Shown piece by piece: positions 1 through 28,090 of a DNA stretch of 64,000 nt. Position numbers and translations under genes: made by a program. Under the pieces are notes generated by a model. It had not been told where the DNA came from, did not search any database, and worked only from the letters and a program-made list of their open reading frames with translations. Position 1 is the stretch's first letter, and each line of letters begins with the position of its first letter. The DNA comes from Macrostomum lignano (Eukaryota): assembly GCA_002269645.1 (NCBI GenBank), contig NIVC01001592.1, positions 1 to 64,000 of the forward strand, in the 5' to 3' direction.

Positions 1-64
1 CAAAAAGGCCCATAAAACATCAATAGTACTGCTCGAACTGATCAGGCATCCAACAATGACCTAC

Positions 65-17547
<17,483 letters not shown>

Positions 17548-18504
17548 GGCTGCTCACACGGACCGGCACTCAAAAAAACGATGTGAGCTGAGCTGAGCGG
17601 TAGCCCCTGCCTGCCTCCCCAGGGAACAGCCGGTGGCAGCTCTATAATTAAGCTGCAGAGAGAAGATTCAACCAGTCGACGGAACGAGCGCCCAGAGAGA
17701 AGTGCTCAAATGATTGCAACACAGTCAGTCAGTTTTTTTCTTTGCCTTCTCCTCTCCTCTGCCCTGTTTGCCTTTTAAGTCGTCTTGTGTCTCTGTTGAG
17801 CAGCGGCGAACTAAAAATAGTGAGCGCATTAGGGATCGCCTGTCAGTCAAGTTCAGGGGCCGGGAGCGAGGCAGATAGCGGAATTTTATAAAAAAAAATA
17901 ATAATAAGCTCCTATCGTCTATAGTATTTTTAAAATAAAAATGCAAATTTCAACGCTATGAGAACCCCAATTCTAAAGTAGATTGATCTTATAGACTATA
18001 TAGGTATATTTGTGATCCTCACCCCCCTCTCTCTCTCTAATCCCTGTCGTACCAGCATCGCCCCGCCCAATACTGACCAGCGCCCTCGCAGATCCCACAA
18101 ATCCTCTGCATGATGGGGCAGGCAACACTAAACCCGATATGTAGGCTGCAAAGGGGAGATTTCTAATCAGGGACAGATGAGGATGGAAAAAGGGGAGGGC
18201 AGGGCAGAAAATCCAATTCACTGAGGGACCACGCCCGTATTAGCAGACAGAAGACCATGACAGCCAGCATAAATCCAATACCTTAGCTAAGCCAGTAGCG
18301 ATTATGCATAGACAGAGGCCATTTGTTCAATATCTAATTTCACTGCCACTGGGAATGCTTCACGCCATTAATAGATAGATAGTCACAGACCTGGCTGCAG
18401 CCACAAGACTAATGGCACTTAGGAATATAATCAGTGTTGCTTTCAAGTGATATGAAACTGTATAAAGTAAAATCTTATAAAATAGCAAGTAGTGAATTGT
18501 ACTA

Positions 18505-18628
<124 letters not shown>

Positions 18629-19829
18629 GGATCAGTATCATATGCTAAAAAATTGACAAAGCTTAAATTGACCTTGGATAAAAAATAAATTTTTGTCAAT
18701 GAAATAATTAACTTTAATGAAAAAGTAACATGTTGCTAGCTCAACTTGTCAATTGTTATTTAATGAGCTAGCTAGCCAAGCCAAGAACAATAGCAATCAT
18801 TATTCCATTGTTGCTAATAGTAAATAGAATATATACATACTAATATTACTTACTAAATTAATGAATAAATGCCTTATACTAGACAATATATGATAGGATA
18901 GTTGTGACAGCATATAATAAGATATGAAAAGATCATTGCAATAGATGCTATTATTTGTAAATAATAACAATTTTCATATATATTGTATTGCAACTAAGAG
19001 ATAATACCTTATATTAAAAATGAACTTATAGAAAGATAAGTAGAAGTCTGCCACAAATTAACCCATTGCTTACATAGTTTGTAAGTACACTATACTTGCA
19101 AATTATAACAAACCTACTTGAACTTATGAGGTACACGGCAATGTTTTCATTGAGAACATAATAATAGATAAAGATAATATGAATAATACAATTTATAGTA
19201 CTATTATATTGTTTTTCTCAATTTAAAATATAGCTAAAATAATTTGCAAAACTAAGCTTCTAGACTATTTGTTGAATGTAAGATCAAAGACATTTTAAAA
19301 TATACCAATAGATAAGAATCATTAGTTTTATCTTAAAAATATTTTACTAAACCTATGTTATAAGGAAACATTGTACCATGACCCTTGGCACTTATTCTTG
19401 CCTTTTAATGCCATACACTACATTTAAGCCCGCTTACAGGACTTTAATGCTTTAAACTTACTTAAATGCAAATTAGTGGGCAGTTTATGACATTTAATGC
19501 CCAATTATTCTGTCCCACTTTGTCAAGGACACAAATGTCTGTGGCACAATAATAGTAATACCTATGCTTTGTGGGCATTAATGAGAAATCTGATTTTCCC
19601 ATCAATGCCTTTAAATCATAGGTATTAATGTACTATTAAACTAAAATACTTTATACTATATTGTACTATATTATATTCGGTTATATTTATTTCTAATTAA
19701 ATTAATTTTACTATTCTATTATTACTTCCTTATATAGATTATACTATAGATAGCCAACTAGATTCATATAAAAGGCTTTATCCAAATTATAATTAAATAC
19801 TCTTCTACTAGACTAAAGACAAGTGTATC

Positions 19830-20086
19830 CATACATGCGAAACCTCCAAAATTCGGTCAGCCGTGCGACTTAGTTTTAACAAAAATGCGACGTAGTTTTT
19901 GGCCAAAAATCTGACTTACATGTAAAAAACCCTAAAGCAAAATTAACGCAACTTTGGGTAAACGGCACGAGTAACTATAACTGTCTTATTAAGCCAAAAT
20001 GCCTCGTCAGCTACTTAGTACTACTACTTAGGTTGCCAAATTGGTTGGCCAGATCGGCCGACTTGGCCGACTGTTGCGCATGTATG
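19830..20086. mobile_element. Non-autonomous TIR DNA transposon (MITE), short copy A
   Basis: Termini CATACATGCG... and ...CGCATGTATG. The 8-bp TSD AGTGTATC lies at 19822-19829 and 20087-20094. Both subterminal regions match copy B in inverted orientation. Confidence 0.85.
19956..20019 (+). rRNA. Degenerate 28S rRNA fragment (R2 target region) inside MITE A; not a functional rRNA gene
   Basis: gggtaaacggcacgagtaactataac...aaatgcctcgtcagctacttagt versus conserved 28S GGGTAAACGGCGGGAGTAACTATGAC-TCTCTTAAGGTAGCC-AAATGCCTCGTCATCTAATTAGT. Flanks match 23/26 and 21/23. Confidence 0.8.
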
Positions 20087-21539
20087 AGTGTATCATAGCT
20101 AAAATTCTAGCATTGACATAGTTTGTTTATATTGTTTCCTATAAAACAAAGTTGCTTCATTCTTGAATCAATTAGACTAGGATAAATGTTTTGTATTGAT
20201 ATAACTAAAGATACAAGCTAATAATATATCAACTGACTAAAAATGGTTAACTATTTTAAATACTCTTTTGTCTATGGTAGAAATTCATAAAAATTATTAT
20301 TGAAAATACTAGCAGCCTAATAAATTACTTGCTTCAAAAAAGCAAAAACTAAGCAGTTTCTATACAAATATAATTTATATATATATATATATTCTATACA
20401 AGTAATAGCAATGATATACCATATTTACTTAGCATTAGAATAAATTTATTGACTTTTAGTCAATCAAAATATAAATTTATTGACTTTTAGTCAATCAAAA
20501 CCTAAATTTATATCCTTGCCAAATTTTTAATCCAAGGTCATATACAAAAGTGCTATTAGGTATTCTCTTTAACATGCAACCATTTTGCTTTTGGTAGGGC
20601 TAAATCTATATGCCACTATTTAAGTCAGATAAATAAACACACTTTCTTGTTTAATTTGTAGCAAATTTAGAGAGAAGGGCAAAAATGATACATTGTCTTT
20701 TGAGTTTTAATTTAATTTATTTTTAGAGTAATATAAGAAGGAGATACACATTTAACCTGGCCAATCAATTGATTGATCAATCAATTGGTCTGCTTAGCTT
20801 TAGATATAAGATATTTTTGAATAAATAAATAATCAAAAAACAAAGTAAGATTAATATACCTTTGTAATAATCTATGATTCTATTCAATTTTTTGATCTGA
20901 ACCCAGTTTAATTAACATATTTTATTTCACGCACAAAACTTTTGTTGTCAAAAGCTTATAGGGCCTTATCAAATAAAATATAAAATATTTTTCATATTCT
21001 AATAAATTTACTTTTTTATGTTAGCAAATTTACACATGCATTGAAAAACCTAAATGTAAAAATATCTATCACTATTTTTATATCCCTTTATAATAGATTG
21101 TCATTGTTGTGCTATAATTAAGACTTAAACTACTAAAATAGAAGTCTTATTTATAATTATACTATTGTCTTCTCTTAAGTATACATTTTAAAAAGATTAA
21201 ATGAAATAATATACAAATTGAGATAATAAAATATATTTAAAACATTAACTAACAACTCATAAAATTAAATTATAAAAATATAAAAATAAAATGATAAACT
21301 AATTACAGTTCTTGATCAAAATTAGACACAATATTTCAAGAACCCAATTTAGATCTTATTCTTATTGATCATACATGCGCAACTGCTGGCCGAGCTGGCC
21401 GATCCGGCCACCGTAAATTGTGGTGGACCAGGGTAAGTCGCAAAATTGAGTTGACCAAAAACGAAAAAAGGCAAGAGGAAAGAGCAATACAGGGAAGTAA
21501 AATGGTGAAGCAAAAGAAAAACAAGTTGCAGCAGAAGCA

Positions 21540-22270
21540 AATTAAGTTACACAAATAATTAGGTAAGTCGCAAAAGGAGCAACTAAGTTGCAAAAAAAGA
21601 TTAGATAAGTCGCAAAAGGGTTAAGTAAGTCGCAAAAGGAGCAACTAAGTTGCAAAGAGGATTAGGTACGTCGCAAAAGGATTAGGTAAGTCGCAAAAGG
21701 AGCAACAAGTCGCAAAAAGGATTAGGTAAGTCGCAAAAGGAGTAACTAAGTCGCAAAGAGGATTAAGTAAGTCGCAAAAGGAGCAACTAAGTTGCAAAAA
21801 GGATTAGGTACATCGCAAAAGGATTAGGTAAGTCGCAAAAGGAGCAACTAAGTCGCAAAAAGGATTAGGTAAGTCGCAAAAGGAGTAACTAAGTCGCAAA
21901 GAGGATTAGGTAAGTCGCAAAAGGAGCAACTAAGTCGCAAAAAGGATTAGGTAAGTCGCAAAAGGAGCAACTAAGTCGCAAAAAGGATTAGGTAAGTCGC
22001 AAAAGGATTAGGTAAGTCGCAAAAGGATTAGGTAAGTCGCAAAAAGATTAGGTAAGTCGCAAAAAGATTAGGTAAGTCGCAAAAGGATTAGGTAAGTCGC
22101 AAAAGGGTTAGGTAAGTCGCAAAAAGATTAGGTAAGTCGCAAAAGGATTAGGTAAGTCGCAAAAAGGATTAGGTAAGTCGCAAAAGGATTAGGTAAGTCG
22201 CAAAAAGGATTAGGTAAGTCGCAAAAGGATTAGGTAAGTCGCAAAAGGAGCAACTAAGTCGCAATAAGAG
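21540..22270. repeat. 20-nt satellite array inside transposon B
   Basis: Unit ggattaggtaagtcgcaaaa with ggagcaactaagtcgcaaaa variants. Confidence 0.9.
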
Positions 22271-23635
22271 GGAAGTAAGTCGCAATCAGAGGCAATCAGG
22301 GGGTAGTAGGTGCAAGTGTGGCAGGAGAGCAAAAACAGAATAGAAGCCTTCAACCACAGACAAGATCTTTGAAATCAGCAGCCTATGTCAACAGTTTCCC
22401 ATTGATTTCTTTAACTCTGGAGCAGGGGTCGGCAAACTCCAGCTCGCGAAGCCCCTCTATCTGGCCCTCGCCCCTCGGGTTCTTTGAAACTTTCTAACTA
22501 GCAAGGTTGGTGTTTCTTCAACTCTCATCTCTCTCTTCTTCTCTACCTTGCCTCCCCTCTTCGCTCTCTCCCCCCTTTTCCCTTTTCTCTCTCCTCTCAT
22601 TTTTACTCTCCTCTCTTCTCCCCTCTCCTTTCTCCCTTTTTCTCTCTACCCTTTCTCCTTAATTCCCTCTTCTCTCCTCTTATCTTCAGCAAAAATGTGT
22701 GCATATTTTCTTACTTCAAAGTAGAGGGAATAGAAGATTGGAGATAAGCAAACAGAGGAGAGGCGAGCGATGCGATGGGAGGCGAGCGATGCGATGGGAG
22801 AAAAGATAGAAGATGAGAGAAAAGCTGAGTGAGGAGAGAGATAAGAGAGATGAGAGGAAAGAGGAAAGATATGATGATGGATGAGATCAGAAAAGAGAGG
22901 AAAGAGGAGAGAAGAAAGGAGATAAGAGAGTAGACGAGAGAAGAGAGGATAAGGAGGAGATAAGAGGAGAGTGAAGAGAGGAGATGAGAGAGTAGAGAAG
23001 AGAGGAGAGATAAGATGAGAGAGTAGAGTGAAGTGGAGAGAGACAAGAGGAGGGATAAGATGAGAGTAGAGTGAAGTGGAGAGAGACGAGAGGAGAGATA
23101 ATAATGTAGAGAGGAGACAGAAGAGATAAGAGAGGAGAGGAAAAAGAGAAGGGATGAGGGATGAGAGAGAAAAGAAAAAGAGGATGAGAAGATTGAGGAA
23201 AGGAGAGAATTTGCAAAGGCCTCAAATCTTAATTTAACATGCATTTACTCCCATCCTTGTTTGCCTTTTTCCTAACTGTTAACAAGTTTTTGTTTGTGCA
23301 TGACTTCAAATTTAAGAATCTATGCAAAATAGTTCCGGGAATTGGAATTCAGCGGTTTAAAAATCTGTGGGTTTTCACAGCTTGTATCTCCACTGGATTT
23401 TTATTCTGCATCTGATGAGCCATCTGAATCAGGGCTCTCATCTTCCATGCCAAATCGTCTAGCAAGTGAAATTATTCTTGAGCTATAGGTCACACTGTCT
23501 TCACTTCACTTACTTCTAGACATTTATGAATCATAACTTTTGTCTTTACATGTCTTTACTCATTGTCATTACTAATTGCCTGAGGCCGCCACTAGATGAT
23601 ATACTGATTAGCTGTTATAAAAACCGCGAAATCAG

Positions 23636-23700
23636 CACTAATTAGCTGGCGAGGCATTTAGCCTTTAAAATATGGTCATAGTTACTCCTGCCGTTTACCC
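23636..23700 (-). rRNA. Degenerate 28S rRNA fragment inside MITE B; not a functional rRNA gene
   Basis: Minus strand gggtaaacggcaggagtaactatgac-catattttaaaggct-aaatgcctcgccagctaattagtg. Flanks match 28S at 25/26 and 22/24; the central 15 nt are diverged. Confidence 0.85.
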
Positions 23701-24649
23701 ACCCTTTTTTTAGTTTTTTAACATAGGTAAGTCGCATTTTTGATCGAAAACTAAGTCGCACGGCCAGCGTAATTTCAGAAGTTGCGCATGTATGCTTATT
23801 GATGCAAAATGCAATGAGTAAGTTCAATAATTTGCTCTTAGTCTTAGATTCAGGTCTAGCAAATACTTTCAATAAACAAAAAATAATGGACTTTACTTAC
23901 GAATTACACTAGGTCTACATCTCAGTAGAAAACAAAATATTCATTGAGTGTTTTTGATAATTAATTATAAAACTCATGGCGAATTATTGGTTATTGAATA
24001 TTGTGCAAATCAAACTTAGAAAAATATTAATCGAAATCTTCAAATTTGATAGGCTAGGCTAGTATTCATGAATTCAGAGCAGGGTTGAAAATTCTTGAAT
24101 AAGAATATTTCAGAAGTCAGACCGCACCGGTTATCAAATTTCATTAATGCATATTCTCGCTACATTTTATTCCTGGGCGTTCTTAGAAAACTACGATTTG
24201 ATATTATCGCGTCTCATTAAATAATAACAAAGAAGTAGCGAAACAAAAGTGCTTTGTAATAAAATTTAGTCTAACGCTTGACGTTAAATTTTATCTAAAC
24301 ATATTGTTACTTTTTACTAAGAAGTAACGAAGCACATTATTACTTTCTCGGACTGCAGAATCAGAAATTACTTAATTGTTTATGTATATACCTCACTAAT
24401 GGTTTTGTAGCAAGTCAGCAAACTTGATATCAATAGTTAAGCCAACCAAGTTGAGTATTCCCATTCTCAGCAATAGATTTGGTCTTGCCTTATGCATAGA
24501 AATTTACGGAAAGGGAAGAAAGTTGATAAAAAGACAATCAAACTATAGCTTGATCATTTTCATCTTAACGCCATGAAATTCGATGTTTAAGAAGTATGAT
24601 TTCAATGAGCTTGAAAATTCAATAACAATTTCGAAAACTGACTCCTAAG

Positions 24650-24666
24650 AGAGATAGAGAGAGAAA

Positions 24667-24717
<51 letters not shown>

Positions 24718-24740
24718 GTAGAGAGAGAGAGAAGAGAGGT
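24650..24740. repeat. (GA)n microsatellite abutting the 3' end of the Penelope-like element
   Basis: Direct reading. The junction lies about 45 nt downstream of the hammerhead on the minus strand. Confidence 0.9.
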
Positions 24741-24784
24741 CACGGCGTGTTTAAAAAAATCAAAGACTTAATTAATTTAATATG

Positions 24785-24822
24785 GGCTACCGGTTTCGAG
24801 CCTCTGGGCTCTTCGTCAGGCC
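24785..24822 (-). ncRNA. Minimal type I hammerhead ribozyme of the Penelope-like element
   Basis: Minus strand GGC-CUGACGA-A-GAGCC(CAGA)GGCUC-GAAA-CCGG-UA-GCC. It shows the catalytic core, a 5-bp stem II, a palindromic mini stem III and a GUA cleavage triplet, followed by ATTAAA. Confidence 0.85.
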
Positions 24823-25196
24823 AAAAAATCTGTGTGTCATGCAATTCAAGTTGGTCTTTTAAGTATTATTTTTCTTAGTCTGATAGAATTGATGAGTAGT
24901 TGTACATATGAGGGATGTACATTTAAAACCCTGTTTTGCCTAGCTCTAACTTGTCCCAGAGGCTTTCCACCATTCATTTTAAACGACAGTATATTTGTTA
25001 TAAAAAATTGTTATTTCGAAGTACTATACGATATGCGATACTATACGATTAGATGAAATGCCGGTATTGGGGTAGGAGCATAAAAATCAATATTGAGCGT
25101 ACAATTAAGCAGTTTGAATAAAATAAAATAAAATAAATGACACGTGAATAAATATTGTACTTTAATAGGGTGAAAATAGCGCATTGGTTAAAATGA

Positions 25197-27433
25197 TTAA
25201 ATGTTTCCTGGCTGAGACTTGAACTTATTGGGAGCCAGGAGGCTCTGTAAGTTACGTTGCCGTGTAAAAGCGGGCAGTATGCGGGAGCCTGGTTTATTTT
25301 GTAGCTTATCAAAGTTTTTAGCAATCTCGTTGGCAAGCCAGACCGTAGATGGGTGAAAAGGAAGGACCATTGGGATGGGTCGGAGAAGATGATTGTCGAC
25401 CCTGATGTTCGTACCTGGCGGTTTGTCAGTCCCTAGTTTTTTAATCCAGATTTCTTCCCTTAGTTCGATTTTGTTGTTATTAAGAACTTGTTCGATAGCA
25501 ATGGAGACAAAGTTTGCAATTGAGTGATTGGGGGTGAGAAAGTGCTCTGACCCCGAAGTTACGACTCTCCTGTTAATATTTGACCTGTGCTGGTTCATTC
25601 TATCTCTCATTGTTCTTCTAGTCATCCCTACATAGAAGATTTTCCCAGGGTGGCACTGGTTGCAGGAGATGCCATAGATGATGTTCTTGGAGCCACAGGA
25701 CAGGCTCTGAGAGATTAAAAAACCAGAAGCCGGTTGCAGTCCCTGGGCGGAGAGAGCAGGCGGTGAGTGGGTGCAGCATTTGCAACGGGATGACCCACAG
25801 GGATGGAACCCTTTGGGAAGCAGACCCAGATTGGTCGTTGGTCCTGCAGTCCAGTTCATAAGTATGAGGACCTCCTTTTTGCAGTTTCTAAGAAAAATCT
25901 TCGAGTAGCCTAATTGCTTGAGTTCCGATTTTAAAGAATTGAAAGCACGGTTGAAAGACTTGTAGTCATCACAGATTCGAGCGTACCGAAGGACTTGGGA
26001 TTTTACTACCCCCTTGAAGGTGTGTGACGGATGGAAGGACTGTCGGTGCAACAATCTATGAGTGTCTGTTTCTTTTGAAAACAGTTGTGTTGTGAAGCGG
26101 TTTTCAGCTTTCCTGATGGTCATGTCAAGGAAACTGACCTCAGTTGATGAGGAGCTGACGGTGAGTTTGATGTTGGGGTTGATTGAATTTAGGTGTACAA
26201 CAAATTCTGTCAGAGTTTCAGCCGGGTGGTCCCAGTGAATGAAGATATCATCTATGTACCTAAAATAGATGTTCGGCTTATAAAGAGCAGTTCTCAGGGC
26301 AGTTTCCTCCCAGAGGCTCATGAAGAGACAGGCATAGCTGGGCGCAAATATGCGCCCCATGGCTGTGCCTCTAAGTTGTAGGAAAATCATTTTGTCAAAC
26401 TCAAAGTCATTCCTGTACAAACACAATTCCAGTAGCTTTATTATTTCAGCATCCGGTCTAATGGGATCCGGGTATCGGTTAAAGAATTCCTGGATCGCTG
26501 CAATGCCCTGATCTATTGGGATCATGGAGTACAGACTCTGGACATCACAGGTTGCCAGAGTCGAACCTTCCGTGCAGCTTTTATCCATAAGGTGTGCCTT
26601 GAAGTCATAGGAGTCCTTAATGAAAGTGGGTTGCGCTTGGGCAATCGGTTTAAGAAAGAAGTCAATGTACTTTTCTGCCCCAATTGCTTCAGAACTACAT
26701 CCGCTCACAATAGGTCTGCCTGCTGGGACCCGAAAGGGGATCAGCCAGGTGGCCGGGTCCTTGTGAATTTTTGGGAGCAGGTAGAAATGCCGGGGACGGA
26801 AGTTCTCTCCGGGACAAAGAAATGCACACTGTTTCTTAGATATGAACTTTCTGTTACATAAATTAAGGAAGATCCCCCTAATAAGTTCCGCAGTCACGGG
26901 TTGCAGTGGCTGGTCCAGCTGTTGATAGGCATCAGTGTCAAACAGTTGGTTGTAGGCTGCAAATTCGTAGTCCTTAGGGTGCATGATGACCACTGCGTTG
27001 CCTTTGTCCGCCTTTTTTATTAGGACGGAGCTGTTTCGCTTGAGCCTCTGAATCGCCCTGGTCTCTGGTGCCTCTAGGTTGCCTTTGATCTGTACCGTTG
27101 TCAAATTCTCTACCAGATTTTGGTTCTCAAGTACCAACAAGTTGCACTCATCCCTTCTAAGTCTGAGGGGAACCTCCTTCCCTGATTTCCCGGTGAAGGG
27201 GGGCGGGCTGGTATTGGCGAGACCCCTCTTTTTGAAAAAGTCTTTCCAGAAAAGTTTACGATGAAATTCCGTCATGCAGTTCCTCAACTCATCGAAATCA
27301 AGGGCTTGGGTTGGGATAAATTGAGTCCCTTATCTAGCAGCCTCGTCTCAGACTCGGAGAGTTTGAAGGTAGGGTGTAGATTTAAAATGTTGCCTTCCAG
27401 TTTGGGAGGCCTACAGTAGTCAGCTAGTTTAAA
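25197..27433 (-). CDS. Penelope-like reverse transcriptase / GIY-YIG endonuclease
   Basis: Motifs KADKGNAVV, DVQSLYSMIP, QLRGTAMG...APSYACLFM, YFRYIDDIF, thumb HP...KSQVLRYARIC, Zn knuckle CGSSRCKCC and GIY-YIG NIIYGISCNQC...YVGMTRRTMRDRMNQH. The N-terminal motif NILNL...LSESETRLLDKGLN(F)IP lies at 27390-27310, upstream of the track ORF, across a 1-nt break at about 27318. Confidence 0.93.
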
Positions 27434-28090
27434 GTTCTCAGCCAGGAAGCCAGCGCCAGTATAAAGTCCGGCGCTGAGAAGGATACAATTGGTTTAAGAG
27501 GAGGAGAGGCAATAAGAGTAACAGGTGAGAGTTTCTTACTCAGAGATTGAGTCAATTCTTCACCGCTGGCAAAGGACGGAACCAGAAGGATCTTACGTGT
27601 CAGACTGTCCGCTCTGAGTAGATCGATAGCCTCAGAGAGCAACTCTCGCCAGTGGTCTGTGCTGAGCAGCTCGTCCGGCAGGACCAGCACCGTTGACTGA
27701 GCGCATTGCCGGTTCCGCAGGGCAGCCGACCTCAGTAGGGATGGTAAGGCTGACAGTGAGTACTCATGTACCTCTGTGATTGCCGGCAGTTTGAGGCCCT
27801 CGAAAGGCTTTGGGCAGAGTACCAGGTTCCGGCAGTCCCTGCTGATGATGAGCGAAACAGGTTGCTCAAAGGTGCTGGGTGAGTCATTCAGATGCGGCCT
27901 GTGGCGTTCCGGACCACCAGGGGAGTCTTCAGAGTCCGGCGATGGTAAGCGGCGTTTGGCAGGTGAAGCAGGCAGTCCCACCCGTGGAAGAGGCGGGGTC
28001 ACAAAGAGGTCGTCAGCTGCCGACGTACAGCCGTTCTCAGGTGAGGCGACTTCGGTGGTCCCGCCTGCCGCCGGACTGCCGTCCGAAGCC
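27424..28090 (-). CDS. Upstream ORF (ORF1-like) of the Penelope-like element: S/P/A-rich linker plus alpha/beta domain
   Basis: Open frame of 381 codons ending ACT TTA AAC TAG. The C-terminal ~145 aa have an alternating strand/helix pattern. The true start is unresolved because the 5' part overlaps LINE-derived DNA. Confidence 0.55.

Larger units (their letters stand above)
21370..23794. mobile_element. Non-autonomous TIR DNA transposon, long copy B (same family as A, inverted)
   Basis: TIR CATACATGCGCAAC / GTTGCGCATGTATG. The 9-bp TSD CTTATTGAT lies at 21361-21369 and 23795-23803. No transposase ORF inside. Confidence 0.87.
24741..28090 (-). mobile_element. Penelope-like retroelement (EN+), approximate limits
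   Basis: RT-GIY-YIG ORF, upstream ORF and 3' hammerhead. The 3' end abuts a microsatellite; the 5' end merges with a LINE fragment. Confidence 0.85.

Noticed and set aside
18650-21350. Very AT-rich block as a possible NUMT or foreign DNA
   Set aside because: No recognisable mitochondrial protein, rRNA or tRNA motif and no substantial ORF.
22423-22480. CAGGGGTCGGCAAAC hAT-like terminus inside transposon B
   Set aside because: No matching opposite TIR or TSD was found; at most a truncated end.
23412-23445. CTGATGAG possible hammerhead on the plus strand
   Set aside because: No GAAA follows the putative stem II, and stems I and III cannot be formed.
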